Positions 9,820-20,320 of a stretch of 64,000 nt of DNA are shown here, piece after piece; the stretch's first letter is position 1; each line of letters begins with the position of its first letter. Source of the DNA: Verrucomicrobia subdivision 3 bacterium UBA6082 (GTDB lineage Bacteria; Verrucomicrobiota; Verrucomicrobiia; Limisphaerales; UBA8199); contig DIXK01000067.1 in assembly GCA_002428665.1 (NCBI GenBank), forward strand, positions 234,617 to 298,616, in the 5' to 3' direction. The notes below the pieces were generated by a model. That model did not search any database. It was not told the origin of the DNA and saw only the letters and a program-made list of their open reading frames with translations. The position numbers and the translations under genes were made by a program.

Positions 9820-10020
9820 ATGGCGGAACGAAAAGCCTTTCTGCTACGGATTGATCCAGCCCTTCTGGCGGAATTGGAACATTGGGCCGCTGATGAATTA
9901 CGCAGTCTGAACGGGCAGATCGAATACTTGTTAAAACAGGCTGCGTCCAGGCGTAAACGGGTTGGGTCGCCGAAGGCCGCACCCAAGGAAGAGCCTTTGG
10001 GCGGGGACGGTGAATCCTGA
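9820..10020 (+). CDS. small ribbon-helix-helix (Arc/CopG-like) DNA-binding protein
   Basis: 66 aa. It has a beta-strand plus two-helix pattern ([37 protein letters not shown]) and a basic tail. It starts 5 nt after the SPFH stop. Confidence 0.6.
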   Translation: MAERKAFLLRIDPALLAELEHWAADELRSLNGQIEYLLKQAASRRKRVGSPKAAPKEEPLGGDGES

Positions 10021-10042
10021 GACTTGAGGGCTGAACTTAACT

Positions 10043-10921
10043 CTACCGGTAGGTCGCGCGCTCGGCTAACCAGGTGATGTCGTCGATTTGGCCGCCAACG
10101 TTTTTCGGGAATTTTCCCGAATTCTTGGTGACAGGCTCCAGGGTAGTTGAGTTCCTCCATTTCTTGATTTCGGAGTGACCGTCTGCAAAAGAGAACCCGC
10201 ATGCACCGTTGTGAAAAGAGGCGGGCAAGTCACTCCATTGAGTCCGCTCTGCAGGATTGGCTCCGGTGCAGAAAACCATCCACCCATCATTGAGACTGTC
10301 GGGATGCTCATCCACAAAAACGAAGATGTTGGCCGGATTGCGAATGCTTGACGACTTAAGGAATTGGGCCCATGCGGAGTTGATGGGCGTGCCACTCGCA
10401 TTTTGCGGTCCTACAAAACCGTTCATGGAGTAGCTCCTGGTTCTGGGGCCTGCAGCGGAGTGAACCGTGTCCGCTGGACACTTGTAAACGCCAGTGTTCT
10501 TTCCAGTATACTGTCCAAGTAAGGCCTCTTTCAGCAAATTCTGATTTGTGTTTTGCGGGTCCATTCCCCAACTCATGACGTTGGCGACCCAGTTATTGGT
10601 GTCGGTGGCATAGGTGGGTTTGTTGAAAACCAATTTATCATTGTAATCTCCGGCGTAGGTTAGCCAAGCAAGCGTCATTTGCTTGTTATTATTCAGGCAA
10701 CTGATGCCATGGGACTTTTGCCTCGCTCTTCCAAGTGCCGGCAGGAGCATTGCTGCGAGAATTGCGATAATGGCTATCACCACCAGCAGTTCGATGAGGG
10801 TAAAAGCAAGAACAACTTGGCCATGCCGCTCGTGCTGCTTTTGCTGGACTGATGACGGTGCAATTCCTGCATCTTCAATGCCGGAGATTGCCTGCGATGT
10901 ATGAGTTACTACTAGTTCCAT
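10043..10921 (-). CDS. prepilin-type N-terminal domain protein of the DUF1559 / H-X9-DG class
   Basis: [24 protein letters not shown] methylation-domain helix. C-terminal [16 protein letters not shown] (H-X9-DG). This is the typical PVC-group paralog family. It has an unusually long 41-aa leader with Ala at position -1. Confidence 0.85.
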   Translation of the reverse strand: MELVVTHTSQAISGIEDAGIAPSSVQQKQHERHGQVVLAFTLIELLVVIAIIAILAAMLLPALGRARQKSHGISCLNNNKQMTLAWLTYAGDYNDKLVFNKPTYATDTNNWVANVMSWGMDPQNTNQNLLKEALLGQYTGKNTGVYKCPADTVHSAAGPRTRSYSMNGFVGPQNASGTPINSAWAQFLKSSSIRNPANIFVFVDEHPDSLNDGWMVFCTGANPAERTQWSDLPASFHNGACGFSFADGHSEIKKWRNSTTLEPVTKNSGKFPKNVGGQIDDITWLAERATYR

Positions 10922-11163
10922 AAATTGAAGTTACCGAGAGATGAATAATCTCCAAGGAAACCTTATTTTTGAATCAAACGGTTACGATGACAAGACGAAT
11001 TTTTTTGCACCCACTGATGGAGGCGCTTCACTGCTTGGTGGAGGCGATAACGGAGGCTATTATGGAAAGACCTCGTGTTTTCGTCATGATTTTGGAGCCG
11101 CTTGACTGGACGCCATTAAAACTCCAGAGTTCCATCTGCGAATTATATTTAATCCGGATACTT

Positions 11164-13944
11164 ATGAATCAGGCGCACACACTGTTTGGCACTTTACAAC
11201 AATTTGACTGCGGAAACGGGCGGCAAGGGAGTTATTACTCGTTGCCTAGACTGGAAGAGACTGGTGTGGGACCCGTCTCGAAGTTGCCGGTGTCTATCCG
11301 GTTGGTGCTGGAATCCGTGCTGCGGAACTGCGATGGAAATCGAGTCACGCGGGAGGCGGTTCGTACATTGGCAAACTGGAAAGCGAAGACCGCTCGCACG
11401 GAGGAGATACCCTTTGTGGTTGCCAGGATCGTGCTACAGGATTTTACAGGGGTGCCGCTGTTGGTTGATTTGGCGGCGATGCGCTCCGCGGTTTCCCGGC
11501 TGGGTCAGGACCCCAAGATTATTGAGCCGTTGGTGCCTGTCGACCTGGTAGTTGACCACTCGGTTCAGGTTGATTTTGCCGGGACAGTCAATGCGATGCA
11601 GAAGAATCTCGAACTGGAATTTCAGCGGAACCGCGAACGGTACCAATTCCTGAAGTGGGGAATGCAAGCGTTCGATACATTTAAAGTTGTTCCCCCGGGA
11701 ATAGGGATTGTGCATCAGGTGAATCTCGAGTATCTGGCCAAAGGGGTGCTCTGCACGCCCGTGGGCACCGAGGCTGGCACTCGTAACCTGTATTATCCCG
11801 ACACGCTGGTAGGTACTGACTCACATACCACGATGATTAACGGGTTGGGCATTGTGGGGTGGGGAGTAGGCGGCATTGAGGCCGAAGCGGGCATGCTGGG
11901 CCAGCCGGTTTATTTCCTCACGCCAGACGTAGTTGGAGTGTATCTGACCGGATCGCTGCGGGAAGGGGTGACGGCGACCGATCTTGCTTTGACGATCACG
12001 CAGATGCTGCGGAAGGCGAAGGTTGTGGGTAAGTTCGTCGAGTTTTACGGACCGGGTGCGGAAGCACTACCGGTGGTTGATCGGGCGACCATTGCCAATA
12101 TGGCTCCAGAGTACGGTGCTACAATGGGCTTTTTCCCGATCGACCAGGAGTGCGTGAAGTATTTGGCGGCCACGGGACGTAGCGAGGAATCTTGTCGGAT
12201 TTACGAGAATTATTATCGGGCTCAGGGACTCTTTGGCCTGCCGCGAAAAGGCGAGATTGAGTATTCAACGGATTTGGAATTGGACTTGGGAACCATTGTG
12301 CCGAGCGTAGCTGGGCCTAAGCGCCCGCAGGATCGAATAGAACTGCCGAACCTCAAGCGAGAGTTTACCTCAGCCTTTGGAAGGCCAGTGACCGAAAACG
12401 GATTTGGCAAATCCAACGATGATTTCAGTCGGAGCTACGCCATTGATTTGAAACGCGAGGGTGCCTCTGGCACTGACAATGCGGCTGTGGTCCCCGGGGC
12501 TTTGGGGCACGGTAGTGTTCTCATTGCGGCTATTACGAGTTGCACAAACACCAGCAATCCATCCGTGATGCTGGCTGCGGGTTTGTTGGCGAAGAAGGCC
12601 GTGCAGCGAGGCCTGGAAGTGAACCCGTTGGTGAAAGCTTCCCTGGCACCGGGTTCACGCGTGGTAACCGATTATCTGAACCGGACTGGGCTGCAACCGT
12701 ACTTGGATCAGTTGGGCTTCAACCTCGTGGGTTATGGGTGTACAACATGCATTGGTAATAGCGGTCCTCTGGCTGCCGCCGTTGAGGAGGCTGTGTCGAA
12801 GCATGACGTGGTGGCGGCTTCGGTGCTTTCAGGCAACCGGAATTTCGAAGCCCGCGTGCATCAGAGCATCAAGGCTAACTTTTTGATGTCCCCGCCACTG
12901 GTTGTGGCGTTTGCGCTCGCGGGACGGATCAACATTGATATGGCCCAGGAGCCGATTGGACGTGGCAAGGATGGCAAGGATGTTTATCTTAAAGATGTTT
13001 GGCCGACCCTACAAGAAATCCGCGACTTGATGCAGATGGCGCTAAAGCCAGAGGTGTTCCGGAAACTATATCAGGATTTTGTGGGGCAGAATCCAAAGTG
13101 GAATGAAATTCCTGCTGCCACTGGAAATGTTTACACATGGGACACTCAGAGCACCTATATCCAGGAACCGCCGTTTTTTGTTGGCTTCAGCCTGAAGCCG
13201 GGAACGATCCAGGATATTCAGAGGGCACGGCCCCTTGCCATTTTTGGTGACAGCGTCACTACGGACCACATTTCACCGGCAGGCAGCATCAAGAAGACCT
13301 CGCCAGCTGGCCGGTACCTCCTGGAAAACGGGGTGGCATTCGAAGATTTCAACAGCTACGGCTCACGGCGTGGGAATGATCGTGTCATGACCCGGGGAAC
13401 TTTCGCCAATGTCAGGATCAAGAACCTGATGGTGCCGGGGACTGAAGGCGGTGTGACGAAGTGCTTTGCGACCAAAGGGTGTGCCTGCAAGTCTGGGGAG
13501 ACTTCAGCGATTTACGATGCGGCAATGGCCTACAAGGCCGAGGGGACGCCATTGGTCATTCTGGCGGGGCAGGAGTATGGTACGGGGAGTTCGCGCGATT
13601 GGGCGGCAAAAGGAACAGCGCTGCTAGGAGTGAAAGCAGTCGTCGCCCAGAGTTTTGAGCGGATTCACCGATCAAATTTGGTAGGTATGGGGGTTCTGCC
13701 CCTTCAATTCCACGAAGGCACCACGGTGCAAAGCCTTGGATTGGACGGAACGGAAACTTACGATTTGACTGGGCTTGGACCGGATCTGAAACCACAGCAG
13801 GACTTGACGTTGAGTTTTACTCGGGCCAATGGCAGGACCGAGAGTGTGCATGTGCGCTGTCGCATCGATACACCCATTGAGATCGACTACTACCAACACG
13901 GCGGCATTCTTCCCTACGTGCTGCGCCAGCTACTTGCACATTGA
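11164..13944 (+). CDS. acnA: aconitate hydratase A
   Basis: Family blocks are present: [71 protein letters not shown]. The start is moved to the ATG at 11164 ([11 protein letters not shown]), giving 926 aa. The upstream in-frame 65 codons have no aconitase counterpart. Confidence 0.93.
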   Translation: MNQAHTLFGTLQQFDCGNGRQGSYYSLPRLEETGVGPVSKLPVSIRLVLESVLRNCDGNRVTREAVRTLANWKAKTARTEEIPFVVARIVLQDFTGVPLLVDLAAMRSAVSRLGQDPKIIEPLVPVDLVVDHSVQVDFAGTVNAMQKNLELEFQRNRERYQFLKWGMQAFDTFKVVPPGIGIVHQVNLEYLAKGVLCTPVGTEAGTRNLYYPDTLVGTDSHTTMINGLGIVGWGVGGIEAEAGMLGQPVYFLTPDVVGVYLTGSLREGVTATDLALTITQMLRKAKVVGKFVEFYGPGAEALPVVDRATIANMAPEYGATMGFFPIDQECVKYLAATGRSEESCRIYENYYRAQGLFGLPRKGEIEYSTDLELDLGTIVPSVAGPKRPQDRIELPNLKREFTSAFGRPVTENGFGKSNDDFSRSYAIDLKREGASGTDNAAVVPGALGHGSVLIAAITSCTNTSNPSVMLAAGLLAKKAVQRGLEVNPLVKASLAPGSRVVTDYLNRTGLQPYLDQLGFNLVGYGCTTCIGNSGPLAAAVEEAVSKHDVVAASVLSGNRNFEARVHQSIKANFLMSPPLVVAFALAGRINIDMAQEPIGRGKDGKDVYLKDVWPTLQEIRDLMQMALKPEVFRKLYQDFVGQNPKWNEIPAATGNVYTWDTQSTYIQEPPFFVGFSLKPGTIQDIQRARPLAIFGDSVTTDHISPAGSIKKTSPAGRYLLENGVAFEDFNSYGSRRGNDRVMTRGTFANVRIKNLMVPGTEGGVTKCFATKGCACKSGETSAIYDAAMAYKAEGTPLVILAGQEYGTGSSRDWAAKGTALLGVKAVVAQSFERIHRSNLVGMGVLPLQFHEGTTVQSLGLDGTETYDLTGLGPDLKPQQDLTLSFTRANGRTESVHVRCRIDTPIEIDYYQHGGILPYVLRQLLAH

Positions 13945-15068
13945 ACGCGTTTGCACTGGCAGTTGTGGAGAGCGTGATCCTCAAGGCGGGGCGGGATCGC
14001 CCTGCCGATGCGCTCCTGCGAGACCAGTTGAGGGAGAGGCGGATGTCGAGGCGCGACGCTCGCTTTGTGTCCGCAGGCGTGTTTGCGTACTACCGGTGGC
14101 GAGAGTGGTTGAATAAGGAGGTCCCGGCGGCCAAACAAATCCGTCAAGCTCTGGAACTGGCGGAGCGATATGATCGGGAGCCGGCGCAGTTTTCCGAGGA
14201 AGAACTCTTGAGCCGATCCGTGCCGCCCTGGCTCGCACAGGAGATGGAGGTTACTGCTGGGTTTGTTCGAGCTATCCAGAAGCCGGCGGTTCTGTGGCTT
14301 CGGGCGCGATCAGGGCAAGGGCCAAAGGTGGCGGCCGCTTTGGGAAATACCGAACCAGCAGGGCAGGGCTGGCTTGCCGATTGTCTGCGCTACAATGGGA
14401 ATCAGGACCTTTTTTGCAGTCCCGAGTTTCATCAGGGTCAGTTCGAGTTGCAGGACATTAGTTCTCAGGCTGTGGGTTGGGTGTGTAGCCCAGGGCCGGG
14501 GCAAACCTGGTGGGATGCTTGCGCTGGCGAGGGCGGGAAGACTTTGCACCTTTCCAGTTTAATGAAGAACCAAGGAACGATCTGGGCCAGCGATCGCGCC
14601 GAGTGGCGTTTGAAAAAGCTGAAACGCCGTGCGGCCCGGGCCGGGGTGTTCAATTATCGTATGGTCTCGTGGGATGGGGGGGCGAAGCTGCCCACAAAGA
14701 CCCGATTTGATGGGGTGTTGGTGGATGCGCCGTGCAGTGGTGTAGGAACTTGGGGGCGCAATCCTCACTCCCGTTGGAACATCACACCAGAAGACATCGC
14801 GGAGATGAGCCAGATTCAAAGCAACCTGCTAAGACACGTCGCGCCCGCGCTCAAGCTCGAAGGAAGATTGGTCTATGCCGTTTGCACACTGACGCAGCGA
14901 GAGACGGATGACGTGGCCGATGCGTTTGAGCGAGAATACCCTGATTTTCTCGCCTGCAATATAGAGCATCCGTACCACCGGGGCGTCACGGCCCGGCGAC
15001 TGCGGTTGCAGCCCGAGGACAAGGGGGGCAACGGAATGTTTATCGCGGTTTGGAAACGAGTTACCTGA
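13941..15068 (+). CDS. RsmB/RsmF-family (NOL1/NOP2/Sun) RNA cytosine-C5 methyltransferase
   Basis: SAM-binding block [13 protein letters not shown]. Catalytic-cysteine motifs [14 protein letters not shown] and LVYAVCTL. The TTG start overlaps the acnA stop, and the start is uncertain (the next ATG is at 14043). Confidence 0.8.
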   Translation: MNAFALAVVESVILKAGRDRPADALLRDQLRERRMSRRDARFVSAGVFAYYRWREWLNKEVPAAKQIRQALELAERYDREPAQFSEEELLSRSVPPWLAQEMEVTAGFVRAIQKPAVLWLRARSGQGPKVAAALGNTEPAGQGWLADCLRYNGNQDLFCSPEFHQGQFELQDISSQAVGWVCSPGPGQTWWDACAGEGGKTLHLSSLMKNQGTIWASDRAEWRLKKLKRRAARAGVFNYRMVSWDGGAKLPTKTRFDGVLVDAPCSGVGTWGRNPHSRWNITPEDIAEMSQIQSNLLRHVAPALKLEGRLVYAVCTLTQRETDDVADAFEREYPDFLACNIEHPYHRGVTARRLRLQPEDKGGNGMFIAVWKRVT

Positions 15069-15115
15069 GAAAACTACCTTCTGGCTTATTCCCGACCGAT
15101 TGTAGAGAAACCCAG

Positions 15116-15155
15116 GCGACCAGGCTCTGCCCCGTTCGGGACAAAGTCCGGTCGC
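15116..15155. terminator. imperfect GC-rich hairpin between convergent genes (possible terminator)
   Basis: GCGACCAGG ... CCGGTCGC outer stem, with an inner CCCG-TT-CGGG hairpin. It sits between the methyltransferase stop (15068) and the stop of the minus-strand gene (15194). There is no clear U tract. Confidence 0.25.
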
Positions 15156-15193
15156 AGGAGAGACGACATTGGACAACTGCCCCAGCTCCGTGG

Positions 15194-15616
15194 TCAGTTG
15201 TTCTTTCCAGTAGAACGGTACAGGTCATCCGCAGTATTTACGGCACTGTCCTCCCAGGCTTTGTTAGGTCCTGCGGAGCGGATCATGACCTCGTTGTGAG
15301 AGAAATAGAATTGAAGGGGAACACCCCAGGGATCCATGATCTCTCCCTTGTCATTAAGGTCGCTACGGCGGACCGCGAGGATGAGGATCTTTTTTTGGCT
15401 CTGCCCAAGCAGGGCTTTGGCAATGTCCACATTCTGACCAGTGGGGTAAGTACCGACGAATTCCTTGTACTGTTGCAGCCCGAGGATCAGGTTGTCGCAG
15501 TCCTGATTGAATTTCGTGACTTTCTCGTCTCCACGTTTGAATGTCCAGGCTTTAGCCACCCACAGGACACCGGTGACACCGATGACGACCAAGGCGATAG
15601 TGATAAGTCGTTTCAT
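15194..15616 (-). CDS. small membrane-anchored protein with a GspG (type II secretion pseudopilin)-like C-terminal domain
   Basis: Single N-terminal hydrophobic helix (MKRLITIALVVIGVTGVLWVA) without a G/FTLIE cleavage motif. The C-terminal DPWGVPLQFYF...IRSAGPNK resembles the T2SS G-type pseudopilin fold signature. It lies 17 nt downstream of lacI-family gene. Confidence 0.45.
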   Translation of the reverse strand: MKRLITIALVVIGVTGVLWVAKAWTFKRGDEKVTKFNQDCDNLILGLQQYKEFVGTYPTGQNVDIAKALLGQSQKKILILAVRRSDLNDKGEIMDPWGVPLQFYFSHNEVMIRSAGPNKAWEDSAVNTADDLYRSTGKNN

Positions 15617-15633
15617 AACTTCATTTTGGCACT

Positions 15634-16674
15634 TCAGGCTTTTTTCAAGCGTTTCAGTGGGAATGAAGCAGGAGCGGTGCCGGTACTGGCGCGAATGACT
15701 AATTCGGCAGGAATTCGTTTAGGTTCGGTGGGACGTCCACCGAGGAGTTGCAGCATGCAATCGACGGCTGCGACGCCCAAACGGTATTTGGGCTGACCAA
15801 CTGTGGTAAGGGGAACCTGGAAGTACTCGCTGATCAGGGTATTGCCGAAACCGGTTATGGATAGATCGCGCGGGATATGGATTTGCTGGCGAAGCAAGAC
15901 CTCGGCGCAGCCAACGGCCACGAGGTCATTAATGGACTGGATGGCTGTGGCTTCGGTGCGTTCATTGATCATCTGGGTGGCAGCTCTTGCCCCCTCCTCG
16001 AGGTTGCGGCCGGCATGAAATACAAGCCGGTCATCTACGTCCTCCCCAATTTCTCGAAGGGCGCGGCGATAGCCTTCAAAACGTTCCTGGGTCCAGGGGG
16101 TTCCGGGTGGACCCGCAAGAAAGGCGATGCGCCGGTGTCCCTGGGCCAGGAGGTGGTGAGTGACCTGGTAGCCGGCCTGAAGGTCATCCGTTTCGACATT
16201 AATGAAATGGGAGCAGAACGGCGCCAGATGGCCCAGGATAACGGTTGGCGTGTTCCGCTGCTTCAGTTCCTGGTAGACCCGGACTTCGCTGGCGATTCGG
16301 TAAACCGGGGAGAGGAATAGGCCATCGACACGGCGCGAAAGCATGCGCCGTATCGCCTCCTCCTCTCGGTCGGTTTTATTCATTGTATAGGCTAGAAGAA
16401 GATCGTAACCGAGTTCGTGAGCGCGCTCCTCGATAGCGAGGACGATGCGGGAGAAGATCGGATTTGCCAGGGAGGATATTACGAGACCCAGAAGTTTGGT
16501 GTGGCGGGTACGGAGGCCCTGGGCGCTGGAGTCTGGTACATAACCGAGTTGCTGCGCGAGAAGCCTTACTCTAGCCCGGGTGGTCGCTGAGACATCAGGC
16601 GCATCGCGCAGGGCTTTGGATACCGTCATAACCGAAACGCCTGCTCGTTCGGCAATGTCTTTCAATCGGATCAT
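15634..16674 (-). CDS. LacI-family transcriptional regulator
   Basis: N-terminal HTH (IRLKDIAERAGVSVMTVSKALRDAPDVSATTRARV) plus a periplasmic-binding-protein-like sugar-binding core. The start is moved to the ATG at 16674 (MIRLKD). This forms an ATGA overlap with the nadK stop. Confidence 0.9.
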   Translation of the reverse strand: MIRLKDIAERAGVSVMTVSKALRDAPDVSATTRARVRLLAQQLGYVPDSSAQGLRTRHTKLLGLVISSLANPIFSRIVLAIEERAHELGYDLLLAYTMNKTDREEEAIRRMLSRRVDGLFLSPVYRIASEVRVYQELKQRNTPTVILGHLAPFCSHFINVETDDLQAGYQVTHHLLAQGHRRIAFLAGPPGTPWTQERFEGYRRALREIGEDVDDRLVFHAGRNLEEGARAATQMINERTEATAIQSINDLVAVGCAEVLLRQQIHIPRDLSITGFGNTLISEYFQVPLTTVGQPKYRLGVAAVDCMLQLLGGRPTEPKRIPAELVIRASTGTAPASFPLKRLKKA

Positions 16675-17555
16675 ATGGTTGCCCCGCGCCAATGGAGTTT
16701 GCGTCTCAAAGTGTCGCAAAAAGAGCTGCCTGCCAGGTGAAGAAGTCTGATGGTGCGCCGGCTGCGCCGAATCGTGATGGTATCTCCCGCAGACAACTCG
16801 GAGACGACTTGGCCATCGGCGCTAAGAACCGTATTTGGTTTTAGGCTGATCACCCTCACCTCAATCGTTGCATGGGAAGGGAGGATTAGTGCCCTGTTGG
16901 ACAAGGTATGGGCGCAAATCGGCGTAAGGGCGATGACCTGAGCCGTGGGAAAAACTACCGCTCCGCCGGCAGCCAGAGAGTATGCAGTGGAACCGGTGGG
17001 TGTGCTGACGATGAGGCCGTCGCACCGGTAACGAGTGAGTAACTCGCTGTTAATGCAGACCTCCAGCTCTATCAAGCGGGAGGCGACTCCACGGCTCACC
17101 ACGACGTCATTAAGCGCTGTGCAACTCACCTGTCGTGTGAGGCGCCGGCCGGTTACGCGAATGAGCCCTCGAGATTCGAAGGAAAACTGGCCGGCCCAAA
17201 CCTGGTTGAGCGCGCCAGCGATCTCGTCCGAGGACACCGCGGTCAAGAATCCCAGGCTTCCGATGTTGACTCCGAGGATGGGAACATTCGATCCAGCCGT
17301 CTGTCGAGCCACTTGGAGGATGGTGCCGTCGCCTCCGAAGACGAGCAGCAGGTCGACCTCACGGGAAAGTGTGTCGGGGTTGGTGCAGGCGAAGGCGTCG
17401 ATCTGCGTACACGCGAGGGTGGTAGGCTCTGTCAGGACTTCACGCCCTGACGCCAGGATCAATTGCGCCGCCTGGGCTACGGCAGCGGCACAAGCAGACT
17501 TGTCGCAATTGCCGATGAGTCCAACGCGCCGGATATTATGAGTTTTCTTTTTCAA
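16671..17555 (-). CDS. nadK: NAD(+) kinase
   Basis: GGDGT motif (LLLVFGGDGTILQVAR), NDVVV block, and TPTGSTAYSLAAGG glycine-rich motif. Confidence 0.9.
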   Translation of the reverse strand: MKKKTHNIRRVGLIGNCDKSACAAAVAQAAQLILASGREVLTEPTTLACTQIDAFACTNPDTLSREVDLLLVFGGDGTILQVARQTAGSNVPILGVNIGSLGFLTAVSSDEIAGALNQVWAGQFSFESRGLIRVTGRRLTRQVSCTALNDVVVSRGVASRLIELEVCINSELLTRYRCDGLIVSTPTGSTAYSLAAGGAVVFPTAQVIALTPICAHTLSNRALILPSHATIEVRVISLKPNTVLSADGQVVSELSAGDTITIRRSRRTIRLLHLAGSSFCDTLRRKLHWRGATI

Positions 17556-18282
17556 GAAGCGCTAAAAATTCTCTGTTGCCAGCCGGGCCCAAAATGGGCG
17601 ATTCACAGACGCCCACCCAAATCATTCCCTGGCTGCCTTCAACAAAAAGCTTCAATTCATCGAGCACTCTTTGGTGCACAGCCGGGTCACGAATAACCCC
17701 AGCCCCTTTGTCGGCTTCGGCTTTGCCCGCTTCAAACTGCGGTTTGACCAGCGCCAGTATTTTACCCAAGGGTCGCAACAAAGCAAAGGCCGGCGGCAGT
17801 ACCTTGCGCAGTGAGATGAAAGAACAATCCACTACGGCAAGGTCGAATGGGACGAAAGGTTGGGTGAAATGAGCCGGTGTCAGGTCTCGAGCATTGGTTT
17901 TCTCCATCACCACGACGCGAGGATCCTGGCGCAGTTTCCAGGCTAGTTGACCGTGCCCAACGTCCACAGAAAAAACCCGCAACGCACCTCTTTGCAGGAG
18001 ACAATCAGTAAACCCGCCGGTCGAAGCTCCAAGATCAATCGCGCGTGCGCCATCCACCTTGATTTCGAAGTGGTCCAGACCACGCTCGAGCTTGAGCCCA
18101 CCCCGGCTGACATACTTTTCCGGGGCCTGAAGAGTCAGGTCGTCCGTGGACTTAACGGGTTGACTGCCTTTTCGGGCGAGTTGGCCATTCACGCGGACCT
18201 GACCAGCCATAATGGCGCGGAAAGCCTTTTCTCGGCTTTCACACAGGCCGTGTTCGGTGAGTGCCTGGTCCAGGCGAGTCAT
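17536..18282 (-). CDS. tlyA: TlyA-family rRNA 2'-O-ribose methyltransferase (hemolysin A-like)
   Basis: N-terminal S4-like segment (RLDQALTEHGL...VRVNG). YVSRGGLKLE block. FtsJ-type SAM site DLGASTGGFTDCLLQRGA. It overlaps the nadK start by 20 nt. Confidence 0.9.
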   Translation of the reverse strand: MTRLDQALTEHGLCESREKAFRAIMAGQVRVNGQLARKGSQPVKSTDDLTLQAPEKYVSRGGLKLERGLDHFEIKVDGARAIDLGASTGGFTDCLLQRGALRVFSVDVGHGQLAWKLRQDPRVVVMEKTNARDLTPAHFTQPFVPFDLAVVDCSFISLRKVLPPAFALLRPLGKILALVKPQFEAGKAEADKGAGVIRDPAVHQRVLDELKLFVEGSQGMIWVGVCESPILGPAGNREFLALLEKENS

Positions 18283-18525
18283 GGGCTTACGGGCAAGGGT
18301 TCAAAGGTTCTGGAGAAGGGGTTCTTTGGGACAACTGTCTTAAACGCATGGGGCGGCAAAGGTTGGCGGCTCATACTCATCGACCACCCTATTGCTACTC
18401 AATTATTGACAGGCTGCAAGGATGAATGAGTGGTGAACCAGAAAAGGCACAATATTGCTTCGGTGGCGGTTCAGATGTCACTTGACGAACCGACATACGT
18501 CGCCATCATTGTATTAACTGATAAA

Positions 18526-19827
18526 ATGAAAACTTTGCACGACTCTCTGACGTCACGGCGTGACTTTCTTAAAACCTCGGCTTTGGTGGGAGGCGCGCTG
18601 GCAGCCCCTGCGATTTTGCCGGGCAACCTGTTCGCAGCAGGCCGAAGCGGCCCGCTGAAAGTGGGTCTGATCGGGTGTGGAGGGAGGGGCACTGGCGCAG
18701 CCAACCAGGCGCTGAATGCGGACAAGGAAGTGGTTTTGACCGCGCTCGGGGATGCTTTTCCGGAACCGTTGAATAAGAGTCTAGAGGTCCTGCGGCGAGA
18801 AGCGCCGGACCGCGTCAAAGTGACCCCGGAGACCTCTTTTGTTGGTTTGGATGCCTATCAGAAGGTCATTGACAGTGGCGTGGACGTGGTGCTGCTAGCC
18901 AGTCCTCCAGGATTTCGTCCAGTACACTTGAAGGCGGCAGTGGAGGCCGGAAAGCACGTTTTTTGCGAAAAACCGATGGCGACCGACGCACCTGGCGTGC
19001 GTTCGGTGCTTGAGTCGGTAAAGGCCGCCCGAGATAAGGAACTGTCGTTGGTTGCAGGTTTTTGCTGGCGTTATGAAGGCGCCCGGCGGGAGTTCTACCA
19101 GCGCATTCACGACGGAGGCATTGGCGAGATTCGCGCGGTGTATGCGACGTACTTTGCTGGGCCGGTGAAGCCAATGCCGCCGGCAAGCGACCGGCCTGCC
19201 GGCATGGGCGATCTCGAGTGGCAAATGAGAAACTGGTATAACTTCGTGTGGTTGTCGGGTGATGGATTTGTGGAACAGGCATGTCACAGCGTGGACAAAG
19301 TGGCGTGGGCGATGAAGGATCAGCCGCCCCTCAAGGCAGTGGCGGTGGGAGGACGGCAAGCGCCCAATAACCAGGGCAACATCTTTGACCACATGTTTGT
19401 GGTATATGAGTATGCGGATGATGTTCGGGCATTTCTGGGACAACGCCAGGTGGGTAACGCGCATAGCGATAATTCAGATTACCTGATGGGTTCAGAAGGA
19501 TTTGCCAAGATCCCGGGATGGCAACCACCGTATATTCGAGGTAAGCAGAATTGGCGTTATCGCGGGCCGAAGACGGATATGTATCAAGAGGAACATAATG
19601 AGTTATTCGCCAGTATTCGGAAAGGTGAGCCGATTAATGATGGCGTGTGGATGGCTCATAGCACCTTGCTCGGGATCATGGGGCGAATGGCGGCCTATAC
19701 AGGGCAGGAAGTCACCTGGGAGCAAGCGATGAACTCAACTGAAAAACTAGTTCCCGACCACTTGGACTGGAAGATGAAGCTCGACATTGCGCCGATGGCC
19801 ATGCCCGGAGTCACCCGATTGGTTTGA
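18526..19827 (+). CDS. Tat-exported Gfo/Idh/MocA-family oxidoreductase
   Basis: Twin-arginine signal (SRRDFLKTSALVGGALAAPA) follows the ATG at 18526. Rossmann start VGLIGCGGRGTGAA. FCEKPMA block is typical of the family. Confidence 0.85.
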   Translation: MKTLHDSLTSRRDFLKTSALVGGALAAPAILPGNLFAAGRSGPLKVGLIGCGGRGTGAANQALNADKEVVLTALGDAFPEPLNKSLEVLRREAPDRVKVTPETSFVGLDAYQKVIDSGVDVVLLASPPGFRPVHLKAAVEAGKHVFCEKPMATDAPGVRSVLESVKAARDKELSLVAGFCWRYEGARREFYQRIHDGGIGEIRAVYATYFAGPVKPMPPASDRPAGMGDLEWQMRNWYNFVWLSGDGFVEQACHSVDKVAWAMKDQPPLKAVAVGGRQAPNNQGNIFDHMFVVYEYADDVRAFLGQRQVGNAHSDNSDYLMGSEGFAKIPGWQPPYIRGKQNWRYRGPKTDMYQEEHNELFASIRKGEPINDGVWMAHSTLLGIMGRMAAYTGQEVTWEQAMNSTEKLVPDHLDWKMKLDIAPMAMPGVTRLV

Positions 19828-19851
19828 GTCGAGAGACCTCTTAGCAGATAT

Positions 19852-19884
19852 GAGGCAGCCTGCTGGCGCGGGCTGCCTCTTTTC
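19852..19884 (+). terminator. rho-independent terminator downstream of the oxidoreductase gene
   Basis: Perfect 9-bp stem GAGGCAGCC / GGCTGCCTC, extendable by GC pairs into the loop. It is followed directly by TTTT. It begins 25 nt after the stop codon. Confidence 0.65.
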
Positions 19885-19892
19885 GCTGATGG

Positions 19893-20294
19893 TTAGCGAG
19901 TGGCGACGCGTTTGGCGCGACGGTAGGAACCGAGGTTGACTACCGTGCGATAACCCATTTGTCTTAACATTCGTTTCGCCAAAGCACTGCGTCCGCCACC
20001 AAGGCAATGGAGCAGCAGCGGTTGGTTCAGATCCTTGGCTTCCTGCCGGATGCGCTCCTTTAGTTCGCCAAGCGGGATGTTTAAGGCGCCACTCAGATGA
20101 CCAGCCTGGAATTCAGAACGATTGCGCACATCGATGATTTTCCCGTCTTGGTCCAGCAAGCGCCTGGCCCGGTTGGGTGAAACAAGCTCAATGCGGCGGA
20201 ACGCCACGAATAGGACCACTAAGACCCCAGCGAAAATCCACGACTGCCAATCCATGGCAACTAGCCTGCACGATCCGCCAGTCAGAGGCAACAA
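19893..20294 (-). CDS. membrane-anchored rhodanese-domain sulfurtransferase
   Basis: N-terminal hydrophobic helix followed by a rhodanese pattern (IIDVRNRSEFQAGHLSGALNIP) and active-site loop HCLGGGRS. Confidence 0.8.
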   Translation of the reverse strand: MLPLTGGSCRLVAMDWQSWIFAGVLVVLFVAFRRIELVSPNRARRLLDQDGKIIDVRNRSEFQAGHLSGALNIPLGELKERIRQEAKDLNQPLLLHCLGGGRSALAKRMLRQMGYRTVVNLGSYRRAKRVATR

Positions 20295-20320
20295 CTCGCC
20301 CAGTTTTCGGACATTTCAGT

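Noticed and set aside
10969-11163. 65-codon in-frame N-terminal extension of the aconitase ORF
   Set aside because: The extension has no counterpart in AcnA proteins. The ATG at 11164 gives a normal-length enzyme starting MNQAHTLFG. The extension is treated as upstream non-coding sequence read through in frame.
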